Translations under genes and position numbers: made by a program | Shown: positions 49,336-59,152 of the stretch, one piece after another | Layout of the letters: the number at the start of each line of letters is the position of its first letter | Numbering within the stretch: position 1 is the stretch's first letter | Notes under the pieces: model-generated | What the model was told of the DNA's origin: nothing | Database searches by the model: none | Seen by the model: only the letters and a program-made list of their open reading frames with translations | Assembly: GCA_041690595.1 (NCBI GenBank) | Contig: JAWLHB010000001.1 | Span: 248,001 to 312,000 of the forward strand | DNA from: Lentisphaeria bacterium | GTDB lineage: Bacteria; Verrucomicrobiota; Lentisphaeria; JABSQK01; JAWLHB01 | Reading direction: 5' to 3' | Length of the DNA: 64,000 bases

Positions 49336-52053
49336 GTGCGAAAACGAGCAAGAGTGACATATCTGGTTGTCCTGGCGGCTGTGATGCTGTTTCGACAAGA
49401 CGCCGCTGGCGCGGGAGAACCGGCGATGGCGCTGGTGCGGGGGGATGGCACGCTCGAGCTGCGACCGGCCGGCATGGCACCTCAGGGGGTAGGTAAATTC
49501 TACGTGCATGGTCCGTCATGGGAGCAGCGCCATACGGATGAAGCTTTCGAGACGCGCGACGAAACGGCGGAGAACTGGCGTACGCTTGGCGGTCGGCTGA
49601 CGATTCCCGCCAACGGCGAGCGAAGCCTGCGGTACATTCAGAAGTTTGCACGGGCAGACGGCGGGTTGACGCTCGATGTGGATGTGCAGTTCAGGGAAGA
49701 GGCCAGACTGCAAGCGTGCAGCTGGGCGCTGTTCTGGGAGGTTGCGTCCCTTGGCGGTGAGGAACTGTGGCTGGTGGACGATGGCGGGACGACCCACTCC
49801 GTGCGGCTGCCGCGCAATCTGGAGAGCATGATTCTCTGGCAGGGTCAGGTGCGCGAGATCAAGCTGCCGGGACCCATGCCCCTGACGCTGACCGTGGAGC
49901 CCGGTATGAATCTGGTCATACAGGACAATCGCGAGTACAGCATTCCCAACTTCGAGTTTCGCTTCAACTTCGTTCAGAACGGGGGCGTGCGCATGGGGGA
50001 GCGGCGGGCGGCCCGCTTCGGGCTGAGCTTTGTCGAGCCGACGCGCCTTGTTCTCGAGGAGCGCGAGGCGACGAGCGTGACCGACACGAGTGACTGGATT
50101 ACCTGGGAGATGCCATGGGATGCCGCTCCCGTCGATCTCTCCAGGCTTAACGAAGCACCGGCGGGAAGCCACGGCTTTCTCGGCGTCATCAATGGCCGTT
50201 TTGTCTTTGCCGATGGAACGCCGGCTCGATTCTGGGGAACCAACATGAGCGGCGCGGCGAACTTTCCGGACAAGGAGCAGGCGCCGGCCATCGCGGCGCG
50301 TATCGCCGCCTATGGCATCAACCTTGTGCGGGTGCATCACGCGGACGCGTGGTGGGCGCCGCGCAGCTTCATCGACTACGCGAAGGGCGATTCGCGCCAC
50401 TTCAGCGCCGAGAACACCGACCGCTATCATTTTTTTGCGGCGGAGTTGAGGAAGCGAGGCATCTACATTTATCTGGATCAGTTGGTGCATCGCAAGTTCA
50501 TGCCTGGCGATCTGGTGGATGCCGCGGAAGATCTGCCGCCGGCGGGGAAGCCGTACGCGCTCTTCGACGATCGGCTGATCGAGCTGCAGAAGGAGTATGG
50601 CCGCTACCTGTGGACAACGATCAATCCGTATACGGAGCTGGCCCCCAGGGACGATCCGCAGTATGTGCTGATGGAGTACGCCAACGAGCATGACCTCTTC
50701 ACGCAGCAAGTCACCCTGGAGCCGTATCGCAGCCGCCTTGAAGCGCGATATCGCGAATGGGCGCGCGAGAATGGACTTTATGTTGGCAACTGGACGATAG
50801 ACTTCAGCCGTCCCAACGATGAGATCATCCGCTTCTTCATCGCGGTGCAGCGCGATTACTATCGGCGGATGCGGGATTTCTACCGCGGGGAGCTGGGCGT
50901 GCGGATACCGATGACCGGCTCGAACTGGGCGCGGACAACGGCGCTGCTGTTCACGCTGCAGGATGTGGATTTCACCGAAGCGCATGCGTATGCGGATCAT
51001 CCGTGGGGCGACGATCAGCGGGTGCGCAATAGCCGGACGACGGCGGATCGGCGCAACATCTTCAGCAACTTCGCCTTCAATCGCCTGGCCGACAAGCCGT
51101 TCATGGCCATGGAGTGGGATCAGTCATGGCCGAACGAGTGGCGCGCGGAGCTGCCGCTTCTGGCTGCCGCGGTGGCGGCGCTGCAGGAGTGGGACGGCAT
51201 CGGCATTTACACGTATCGCCACAACGTACCGCCGACAGGTCATATCGAAGCGCCTTTCGAGGCGGCGTTGGATCCCGCGCGCTTTGGGCTCTTCCATCAT
51301 GCGGCGCTCCTCTATCGCCGCGATGTACAGCCGGCAAGGCGATCCGTCGAGGTGGCACTCGATGCACTGCGGGCGGGCAGTCGCGCCGCACCGGCCGAAT
51401 GGGATAAGCAGGAAGCGTTGACGGTGACACCCGAGTTGAGCCGCGTCGCGGTGCGCTTTCATGAGCAGCCGGAGAAGGTGACCGACCTCCCCGAACCTGG
51501 AGCGACGCACGTCGTGGTCGCGCCCTCGACCTCGTTGTTGCCACCCGCGGCCACGTCGGTACGGAGCGATACGGGGCAACTCTGGCGTTCCTGGGATATT
51601 GGCTACGGGACTATCGACACCGCCGGCACCCAGGCCGTTTACGGAACGCGCGGTCTCCTTACCAAGGTTGAGCTGACCGATGTGACCTTCGATATCCAGA
51701 GTGCTTTCGCCACTGTCGCCCTCAGTTCCTTGTCCGATGATCCGATTACCACGTCGGGCGATCTGCTGTTGACGTGCATCGGCCGGGCGGAGAACACGGG
51801 CACGGTCTACAACATCTTTCGCACCTCCCTGGTGGAGAAAGGGAAGAGCCCGATGCTCCTCGAACCAATCCGCGGGAGAGTGACGCTGCGTACCAGTCGA
51901 ACGGATCTGAAGGCCTATGCCCTTACGCCACGTGGCGAGATACTTCGGGAACTGCCGCTGGAGCGGCGGGGTGGGGCGCTGGTCTTTCCTTTTGGTGAAC
52001 CAGCCATCACCATGCACTACCGTTTGACGGCGGAGCCTTTGCCGGCACCCTGA
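49336..52053 (+). CDS. Secreted GH5-like (clan GH-A) glycoside hydrolase
   Basis: Signal peptide; RFWGTN, GINLVRVHH, GIYIYLD, INPYT...DDP...EYANE (acid/base), KPFMAMEW (nucleophile). Confidence 0.75.
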   Translation: MRKRARVTYLVVLAAVMLFRQDAAGAGEPAMALVRGDGTLELRPAGMAPQGVGKFYVHGPSWEQRHTDEAFETRDETAENWRTLGGRLTIPANGERSLRYIQKFARADGGLTLDVDVQFREEARLQACSWALFWEVASLGGEELWLVDDGGTTHSVRLPRNLESMILWQGQVREIKLPGPMPLTLTVEPGMNLVIQDNREYSIPNFEFRFNFVQNGGVRMGERRAARFGLSFVEPTRLVLEEREATSVTDTSDWITWEMPWDAAPVDLSRLNEAPAGSHGFLGVINGRFVFADGTPARFWGTNMSGAANFPDKEQAPAIAARIAAYGINLVRVHHADAWWAPRSFIDYAKGDSRHFSAENTDRYHFFAAELRKRGIYIYLDQLVHRKFMPGDLVDAAEDLPPAGKPYALFDDRLIELQKEYGRYLWTTINPYTELAPRDDPQYVLMEYANEHDLFTQQVTLEPYRSRLEARYREWARENGLYVGNWTIDFSRPNDEIIRFFIAVQRDYYRRMRDFYRGELGVRIPMTGSNWARTTALLFTLQDVDFTEAHAYADHPWGDDQRVRNSRTTADRRNIFSNFAFNRLADKPFMAMEWDQSWPNEWRAELPLLAAAVAALQEWDGIGIYTYRHNVPPTGHIEAPFEAALDPARFGLFHHAALLYRRDVQPARRSVEVALDALRAGSRAAPAEWDKQEALTVTPELSRVAVRFHEQPEKVTDLPEPGATHVVVAPSTSLLPPAATSVRSDTGQLWRSWDIGYGTIDTAGTQAVYGTRGLLTKVELTDVTFDIQSAFATVALSSLSDDPITTSGDLLLTCIGRAENTGTVYNIFRTSLVEKGKSPMLLEPIRGRVTLRTSRTDLKAYALTPRGEILRELPLERRGGALVFPFGEPAITMHYRLTAEPLPAP

Positions 52054-53783
52054 TCGGCGCGGCTGCTGAGCGGTGCGTAAAGGCGTTCCTTACGGCTGAA
52101 GAAGCGATAGAGGCACCAGGCGGCGGCGCCAATCGTGGCCAGAACGCAGGCAATGGCGAAGAGATTGCCATAGCGCGTGTAGAAGGTCAGCGGCAGATCG
52201 TCCCAGATGGGGACATCATAGATGCCGGCCTGACGAACGAAGGGACTGCCGGTCTTGGCATCGACCAGAGGGTTGACGAGGGTGCCATCGGGCATGATGA
52301 GGACGGTGTCGCTGTTGTTGCCGCTGCGCAACATGGGGCGGCAGTTCTCGATGGCGCGGAAGACGGAGTTGATCATGTGCTGCCGGGAGCCGCTGGTGCG
52401 TTCATACCAGGCATCGTTGGTGACCGTGAGCAGGATGGTGGCGCCGCGCAGGACGGCGCCGCGGCTGATCTCCGGGAAGACATCCTCGTAGCAGATGTTC
52501 ATGCCAATCCTCGCCTTGTCGTCAAGCGCGAAGATGGTGTGCTCGGTGCCGCGGGTGAGGCCGCGTCCCATGCCGATGAGCTCGACAAGCCAGGGCAGGT
52601 ATTCACCGAACGGGACAAACTCCCCAAAGGGGACGATGTGAATCTTGTCATAAGTGGCGATGAGACGGCCATCGGGATCGAGGTAGAGGGCGCTGTTGAA
52701 CTCGCGGATATCTTCCTCGCGGTTGGAGCCGGGGGGGAGGCGATAGTCGAGAGAGCCAATGATCATCGGTGTGCGGATATCGCGCACCAGGCGGCCGAGG
52801 GCGGCGCGAGTCTGCTCGTTGATGAGCATGGGTGCGGGGACGGCGGTTTCGGGCCAGACGAGAAGATCGGGCGCTTCGTCTCGAACAATCTGACGAGAGA
52901 GGGTGACATAGATGTCGAGGGTGCGGGTCAGCTCGCCCGGCTTGTACTGGCGAATCTGTGGAATATTGCCCTGCACGGCAGCCGTCCTCAGCGATGCCGG
53001 AGGAGGCGGAAGGGGATAACGGCCGATGGCCGGCAGGGCAAGCAGCGCGGTGACGATCCCCGTTGCCAGCCCCCACGGAATCAGCTCGCGCCGCTGCAAC
53101 TCCCGCCGACGCAGCCAGTTCATCAAGGCCAGCATCAGCCCCATGTTGATGGCGACAACGATGAAGCTGATACCGTAGACGCCGGTGAAACGGGTGATCG
53201 GCAGTAGTGGCGCCACCTGCCACTGGCTGACGCCGATGAAGTTCCAGGGATGGCCGGTGAACATCCAGCTGCGTACCCAGTCGAGCGCGCACCAGGCAGC
53301 GGCGGCGAGCAGGACCAGCGCGACCTGGCGCCATGGCGAGAGGAGTGGCCAGCGCGGCAGGGCTTCGGCGGAGGTGCACACCGGCAGCAGGTCGTCAGCC
53401 TCGGCATGGGCCAAGTTCCGATAGATGGCCTTAATCAGCGCCAGCCAGATGGCTGGATAGAAGAAGCAGGCGATTGCCGCGCCCAGAGGGGCAAGCAGAA
53501 AGACCGGGCGAAGCCAGGCAAAGGTGGTGATGAAGTGCCCCATACCGAAGGCGCTGCCCAGAAGCAGAGGGCGGGAGACAGGCTGGACGCCGAGCCACAA
53601 GAGCGGGATCAGGGCAATGTACCCGTACCAGGCCAACTCCAGCGGCGGGAAGGCGGCGGAATAGGCGATGCCAAAGCCAAATGAAGCCGCAACCTGGATG
53701 ACGATGCGGCGGCGGGAGACCAGCTTCACCAGGTTACCGGGACGAGTGGCTCGTTTCTCTGCCGCAATCGGGATCCTGCCCAT
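52017..53783 (-). CDS. lnt: Apolipoprotein N-acyltransferase
   Basis: AFPP, FTGHPW, GVYGISF, VQGNI, VWPETA, YDKIHIVPFGEFVP, ICYEDVFP, TNDAWY, RAIE. Confidence 0.95.
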   Translation of the reverse strand: MGRIPIAAEKRATRPGNLVKLVSRRRIVIQVAASFGFGIAYSAAFPPLELAWYGYIALIPLLWLGVQPVSRPLLLGSAFGMGHFITTFAWLRPVFLLAPLGAAIACFFYPAIWLALIKAIYRNLAHAEADDLLPVCTSAEALPRWPLLSPWRQVALVLLAAAAWCALDWVRSWMFTGHPWNFIGVSQWQVAPLLPITRFTGVYGISFIVVAINMGLMLALMNWLRRRELQRRELIPWGLATGIVTALLALPAIGRYPLPPPPASLRTAAVQGNIPQIRQYKPGELTRTLDIYVTLSRQIVRDEAPDLLVWPETAVPAPMLINEQTRAALGRLVRDIRTPMIIGSLDYRLPPGSNREEDIREFNSALYLDPDGRLIATYDKIHIVPFGEFVPFGEYLPWLVELIGMGRGLTRGTEHTIFALDDKARIGMNICYEDVFPEISRGAVLRGATILLTVTNDAWYERTSGSRQHMINSVFRAIENCRPMLRSGNNSDTVLIMPDGTLVNPLVDAKTGSPFVRQAGIYDVPIWDDLPLTFYTRYGNLFAIACVLATIGAAAWCLYRFFSRKERLYAPLSSRADQGAGKGSAVKR

Positions 53784-53796
53784 TCAGTGCCTGCCT

Positions 53797-54045
53797 TCAT
53801 TCATCGCGAAGCTGTGTCGCCAGGTTCTCGGTGAAGTCAGCCAGTTTCTGTCGCGATTGGTCCCTCGTCTCCAGAAACTTCTTTTCGGTGGCGTGGCGCA
53901 GATCGTCGACGGGAAAGGATTCGGGAGGTCGGAACCACCAGCCGATGACGATGCCGATCAGCAGGCCGATGAGGCACCCCAGAAGGAAAGGATGGCCCTT
54001 ACGGGCAGGTGCCTCCGTCGTCGTTTGAGTTGTCTTCTTTACCAC
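53797..54045 (-). CDS. Small single-TM protein, YtxH-like
   Basis: FLLGCLIGLLIGIVIGWWFRP followed by a charged helix; CAGGAG upstream of GTG. Confidence 0.65.
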   Translation of the reverse strand: MVKKTTQTTTEAPARKGHPFLLGCLIGLLIGIVIGWWFRPPESFPVDDLRHATEKKFLETRDQSRQKLADFTENLATQLRDE

Positions 54046-54188
54046 CGCTGTCTGCTCCTGTTGCAGCCCCGGCGCCGGCTGGCGCGAGGGTCAGTCAATA
54101 TGGAGCCCCTGACGGTCCGGTTCAACCCGCACACCAGCGCTTTCGCGAATGATCGTACGGGCTGAACGGATGTATGGATGCGGCAGCT

Positions 54189-54704
54189 TCAGGCGGCGTT
54201 GAGCTTTTCGAGCGAGGCGGCGATGAAGGCGGGAATATCATCGGGATTGCGGCTGGTGACGAGGTTGCCGTCGACAACCACCTCTGCATCCTCGAACTGT
54301 GCGCCGGCGTTCTTCATATCCTGGATGATCGAGACATAGCCGGTCGCCTTGCGGCCGTCGAGTACCTGAGCGGTAATCAGCAGTTGCGGGGCATGGCAGA
54401 TGGAGAAGACCGGTTTGCCGCTCTGGATGAAGGCACGGGTGAAGGCGACGGCATCCTTGTCGACGCGCAACTGGTCCGGGGAGTAGCCGCCTGGGATCAA
54501 CAGGGCATCGAAATCGGAGACTTTGACATCGCCAACGGCTTCATCAATGACAACGGCCGTTCCGTCGGCCTTACCCTTGACGGTTTCATTGGCTTCCAAA
54601 CCGACATGAACCAGGTCGTGGCCCTTGTTCTCAAAGGCTTTTGCCGGCTCCGTGTACTCGACATCTTCAAACATATTGGTAATCAAGACTGCTATCCTGG
54701 CCAT
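54189..54704 (-). CDS. PfpI/YhbO (DJ-1 family) type 1 glutamine amidotransferase-like protein
   Basis: MARIAVLITNMFEDVEY, FDALLIPGGYSPDQLR, FSICHAPQLL, VVVDGNLVTSRNPDDIPAF; own GAAGGAG 8 nt upstream; 171 aa. Confidence 0.93.
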   Translation of the reverse strand: MARIAVLITNMFEDVEYTEPAKAFENKGHDLVHVGLEANETVKGKADGTAVVIDEAVGDVKVSDFDALLIPGGYSPDQLRVDKDAVAFTRAFIQSGKPVFSICHAPQLLITAQVLDGRKATGYVSIIQDMKNAGAQFEDAEVVVDGNLVTSRNPDDIPAFIAASLEKLNAA

Positions 54705-54790
54705 GATAGGTGCTCCTTCATGTGGTGGAGGTTGAGGGTGGTGGCGGGTGAGATGTTGCATATCCAGTGCCAGAAGCGGCAGCCACGGGG

Positions 54791-55895
54791 TCAACGCTGC
54801 ATTTTGAGCGCTTTGACGATGTCGCCGAGCGGGCGTTCGTTGCGGTCGAGGAAGGCAATAAGGGCTTCTTCTTCTGGTTGCAGTTCTTCGGGAGAGCGTT
54901 TTTTTGCTGTCGCGGAACTGGTTGACGTGGAGGCGGTCGCCGTCGATGTAGCCGTCGATTACGGCCGGGTGGATGTAATAGTCGCGGCAGATGGCAGGGG
55001 TATTGTTGAGCCGTTCCGCAGTGTGGTTGATGGCTTCTCGCACGTGGACCTCCGCTTCCTTCCGGTTGCCGGCGCCACCCATCTCGTCGAGGTAGAGCGC
55101 TGCGGTAAGGGTGCCTGTCCATGTACGAAAGGTTTTGCTGGTGTAAGCTTCATTGGTCAGTCTTTTCAGGTAGCCGTTAACATCGCCTGCATCGAGGGCA
55201 TGGCGCTTGCCGTCCTCATCGAGATACTGAAAGAGTTCTCGTCCGGGCAGTTCCTGACATTCGGCGATGACATCGGCCAGTTCATCACTGGCCAGGACAA
55301 GATCGATTTCCCTGCTGCTCTTGCCGATGAAACGGATCGCCAATTCGGCATCCTGAATCTGTACATGCTTCTGGCGAAGGGTGACCATACCGTAAGATTT
55401 GTTGTCGCGGCGATAGCAGTCATTGCCTACGCGCATGCCGGTCAGTTCCAGCAGTTTGATGACGGCGGCATTGACTTTTTCCATCGGCAGACCGGGTCTT
55501 GCCAGATCATCGCCGATCTGGCGGCGAATGGCGGGCAGGATGCTGCCAAAGCCGCGCAACATGCGGAACTTGGCTTCGTTGCGAAGCTGCTCCCAGAGCG
55601 GATGGTAGATATACTGCTTCCGGCAGCGATCGTCGAGCCCGGTGGCCTGCAGGTGGCCAAGAGGGAATGGGCAGATCCAGACCTCGACCCAGGCCGGTGG
55701 TATCGCCAGGGAGAGCAAACGTTGGCGAACCGCCTCGTCGCGCAACGTGCAGCCTCTTTCGTCCTTGAAAGACCAGCCGCTGCCGCAGCGACGCCGGCGG
55801 ATGCCCGGCATCGTATCACAGACGTACCGCAGCCCGAGGCAGGCGGCGGCTTCCGGCGGCTCCAGCAACAATTTGTGGTCGATCACTTTGTTCAT
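54791..55895 (-). CDS. DNA topoisomerase IB (bacterial type), frameshifted near the 3' end
   Basis: LAIPPAW.EVWIC...GHLQATGLDDRCRKQYIYH, GMRVGN, FIGKS, SKTFRTW, LNNTPAICRDYYIHP; native-looking tail SPEELQPEEEALIAFLDR...MQR* lies in the +1 frame after an A7 run (T7 at 54899-54905). Confidence 0.9.
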
Positions 55896-55946
55896 GGTCT
55901 TGCTTTCCCATATCCGGGATCAGCAAGTCCAATGCCATCAGGCGTA

Positions 55947-57680
55947 TCAGGTGAGATCGAGATCGATGGCCATGCTGCCATCGGCTTCGCGCTGGGCGGA
56001 AGGATTGAAGGGGCGCTTGGGGAGTCGCACCTGCACGAGCGCCTTGCGCATGAGCATGCCTGTAGCGAGATCCGTATAGCCCGGGCGGATGACGTTGACG
56101 ATGCGCGCGCGCAACAGCTCTTCCCGCCAGGTCACATGCACTTCACCTTGAATGACGTGGCGCTCTGGATCGTAGAGCGTCAACCGCGGCTCGATATGCA
56201 GGCGGCCGAGGTCCATTTCACGGGCAAACATGGCGACCAGTTCCGCATGATCGTGGAGGCGGAATGCCTTGACCTTGGCCTCCAGGCGATCGAGGAAGCC
56301 TTCCATGAAGGATTTGGTGACGAATTGGTCGTAGCGGGCGAGAAGCTGGTCGTGCCAGGCGTGATTGAGGGCGCGTTCGTGGTCATCCCTGGGCATGGCG
56401 TCAAAACGTGCCTTGGCGGCTCTCACGCAGTCGCGGTGCAGTTCATCGAAGCGCTCTTCGATCCATTCGGTGTACTCCTGGATCAGCGCGGCGATCTCGA
56501 CATTGATCCGCACACCCGTGCGGGGGATGCGGCTGGCGGCGAGCAGGCGGGTGGCGGCCTCGCGAACCTGGCGGACATGTTGCTGGCACTTGGCCACCTT
56601 TTCCGGGAGGGGGAGCTCGCCGGCGTTTTGCGGGCGGGTGAACTGGAGGGTATCCTGGCGAACCGGCATGGCCGATGAACCATGGCCGCCGGTGCGCACC
56701 TTTGCCTTGCGTACGACTGAGTTTCGCGAGCGATCCACATAGCCGGTGGAGGAGACGGATTCGACAACGGCCGCCGGAGTGACTTCGGCGCCCATATCCG
56801 ACTGGTGGAGGGTTCGGTCGGCACGGGTGATGCCCGGCTGAACGCGAATGCGCTCCAGCCGCATGACCCCGGCCAGGTAATCGATCAGGCATTCATACTC
56901 TGGTACATCGAGTTCGCGAATGCGCTTCTCGATGATGTCGAGCAGATCCTCGATGACGCCGAGGGAGCAGAAGTCCTGGTAGGCTTCCAGATCTTCACGC
57001 GCCCAGTAGGTGGCGGGGTTGGTGACGTCATCGCCCTTTCTGAGCAGGCGCTGGAAGCGGGTGGCGGCGCGAGTCTTGTTGCTGTTGTGCATGTGGAGGA
57101 ACTTCTGGATCAGCTGCTGGCTGCGCGTGAGAATAAAGTTGCGCAGATCCTCGTCGATTTCCACGTCTGTGTCGGGTAGAACGGGGTCGCCCATCAGGCT
57201 TTCGACGGCCTGGTGCAGGGCGTACATGGCAGATTTGGCCTGTTCGGCTTCACGAGGGACGGAGAGGGTCTGGGAAATGGGGGCAATGACCGGGAAATCG
57301 TCATCTTCGCCGTCGGCCTCGTCATCCGCATCATGATCCCGGCGCTGCGGCAGGATGAAGACATGGGTCTGTTCCAGCGCGTCGGGAGTGTCCGGCATGT
57401 GTCCGGTTTCGGGGATGGGCGGAGGTGGCGGGGGAAGGTGGCGGGGAGCCGGCGCTGCCGGTGGCTGAGACGCGGCGGAAGGTGCAGCCGGAGCAGGCAG
57501 GGGCATTGCGGTTTCCTGCCCGCGCACGGTTTCCAGTGCCTCGTTGATATCGCTGGACAAGGCCTGCATCTCGGTCATCAATTGCTGCTGAAGGCGGCTG
57601 ACGCGAGACCTCAAGGAAAGGAGATGCGCGATGATGTCGCGCTGTGGATCGTCCTGGGAATGTCGATTTTCCTGCTGCAT
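55947..57680 (-). CDS. Hypothetical protein with two tandem GrpE-like modules
   Basis: N-terminal coiled coil, Pro-rich and acidic linker, then two about 190-aa repeats ending VVESVSSTGY...VVRKAKV and IVNVIRPGY...LMRKALV; GGAGAGAGG upstream of ATG 57680. Confidence 0.7.
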   Translation of the reverse strand: MQQENRHSQDDPQRDIIAHLLSLRSRVSRLQQQLMTEMQALSSDINEALETVRGQETAMPLPAPAAPSAASQPPAAPAPRHLPPPPPPIPETGHMPDTPDALEQTHVFILPQRRDHDADDEADGEDDDFPVIAPISQTLSVPREAEQAKSAMYALHQAVESLMGDPVLPDTDVEIDEDLRNFILTRSQQLIQKFLHMHNSNKTRAATRFQRLLRKGDDVTNPATYWAREDLEAYQDFCSLGVIEDLLDIIEKRIRELDVPEYECLIDYLAGVMRLERIRVQPGITRADRTLHQSDMGAEVTPAAVVESVSSTGYVDRSRNSVVRKAKVRTGGHGSSAMPVRQDTLQFTRPQNAGELPLPEKVAKCQQHVRQVREAATRLLAASRIPRTGVRINVEIAALIQEYTEWIEERFDELHRDCVRAAKARFDAMPRDDHERALNHAWHDQLLARYDQFVTKSFMEGFLDRLEAKVKAFRLHDHAELVAMFAREMDLGRLHIEPRLTLYDPERHVIQGEVHVTWREELLRARIVNVIRPGYTDLATGMLMRKALVQVRLPKRPFNPSAQREADGSMAIDLDLT

Positions 57681-57893
57681 GCCTCTCTCCGCTGGAACTG
57701 TCATTGGCGCGTTTTAATGTAGCCGGGGAGGAAGGCTTTGCGAGCGATTCGGAGCAATTCTCGTATTTCTGTATGGGTAAAGTGGCTTCATCTGGTCTGA
57801 CAGGCTGGCAAAACGCGAAGAGGATTGTATACTTACCGTTTTTCCATAGGCCAGAATGACGATGCTTAACCTCATACAGCGGAGAGCTGTGGC

Positions 57894-58994
57894 ATGTACA
57901 ACGTAGCAGTAATCGGTGGCGACGGTACCGGCCCGGAAGTCGCCAGCGAAGCCGTCAAGGTGATCAAGGCGGCCGCCGCCAAGTTTCAATTCAAGATCGA
58001 CTTTCATACGTACGACTTCGGCGGCGATCGCTATCTGCGGACCGGCGAGGTGTTGCCTGACAATGCCAGTGACGAGCTGCGCAAGTACGACGCCATCCTC
58101 CTCGGCGCCATCGGCCATCCGGGAGTGAAGCCGGGAATTCTCGAGAAGGGAATCCTCCTGCGCCTGCGTTTCGAACTGGATCAGTACATCAACCTGCGGC
58201 CGGTCAAGCTTTTCCCCGGCGTCGAGTGCCCGCTCAAGGGCAAAGGTCCGGAGCACATCGATTTTGTGGTCGTGCGCGAGAACACCGAAGACGTTTACTG
58301 CGGCATGGGTGGCATCACCCATAAGGGCACCAAGGACGAAGTGGCGATCCAGACCGGCATCTACACCCGTATGGGGGTGGAGCGTGCGCTGCGCTACGCG
58401 TTCGAGTATGCCCGCAATCGACGCAAGCCGCGCCCTTGGAAGGGACTGTCGGAAGCGGATGTCGCTGCCGGCCTGACCGGGCAGGTGACACTGGTTGGCA
58501 AGACCAACGTCATGACCTTCATGTACGACCTCTGGGAGCGCGCCTTCCACGAGATTGGCGCCGCCGAGTATCCCGAGATTAAGCGCGACTACAATCACAT
58601 CGATGCCGCGTGCATGTGGTTCGTCAAGAATCCCGAATGGTACGACGTCATGGTGACGGGCAACATGTTTGGTGACATCATCACCGACCTTGGCGCGATG
58701 ATCCAGGGCGGCATGGGTATTGCGGCCGGCGGCAATATCAACCCCGAAGGGGTATCGATGTTCGAGCCGATCGGCGGCTCCGCGCCCAAGTACACCGGCA
58801 AGAATGTCATCAATCCCCTGGCGGCGATCTGTGCCGGCGCCATGCTTCTGGAGACCATCGGCGAGCATGAAGCGGCGAAGCGCATCGAAGCCACGGTAAT
58901 GGATATTACCGCCAACAAGATGAAGTCGATGGCTGCCGGCCGCATGGGCTACAGCACGACCGAAGTTGGCGACATGGTGGCTGCCGCTCTCTAA
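57894..58994 (+). CDS. leuB: 3-isopropylmalate dehydrogenase
   Basis: [69 protein letters not shown]. Confidence 0.85.
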   Translation: MYNVAVIGGDGTGPEVASEAVKVIKAAAAKFQFKIDFHTYDFGGDRYLRTGEVLPDNASDELRKYDAILLGAIGHPGVKPGILEKGILLRLRFELDQYINLRPVKLFPGVECPLKGKGPEHIDFVVVRENTEDVYCGMGGITHKGTKDEVAIQTGIYTRMGVERALRYAFEYARNRRKPRPWKGLSEADVAAGLTGQVTLVGKTNVMTFMYDLWERAFHEIGAAEYPEIKRDYNHIDAACMWFVKNPEWYDVMVTGNMFGDIITDLGAMIQGGMGIAAGGNINPEGVSMFEPIGGSAPKYTGKNVINPLAAICAGAMLLETIGEHEAAKRIEATVMDITANKMKSMAAGRMGYSTTEVGDMVAAAL

Positions 58995-59018
58995 GCGGTT
59001 CCGCTCTGCCACAGATTT

Positions 59019-59060
59019 GACAAACGCCGCGGCACAACTAGCCGCGGCGTTTGTCGTTTC
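59019..59060 (+). terminator. Rho-independent terminator after leuB
   Basis: 15-bp perfect stem GACAAACGCCGCGGC / GCCGCGGCGTTTGTC, 7-nt loop, T-rich 3' side. Confidence 0.8.
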
Positions 59061-59152
59061 TCCGGAGGCGTTCGGCTTGCCAATGCCGCCAATCCAGCCT
59101 ACGTTCTGCAATACCGCCCTGTGTTGAACACCATGCCTGCTGGAGATCGGCG

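Noticed and set aside
52017..52053. 37-nt convergent overlap of the GH5-like gene and lnt
   Set aside because: Short tail-to-tail overlaps are common; no further structure seen.
54174..56678. 834-aa plus-strand ORF
   Set aside because: Antisense to PfpI, TopIB and the GrpE-like gene; its length partly depends on the same A7 frameshift.
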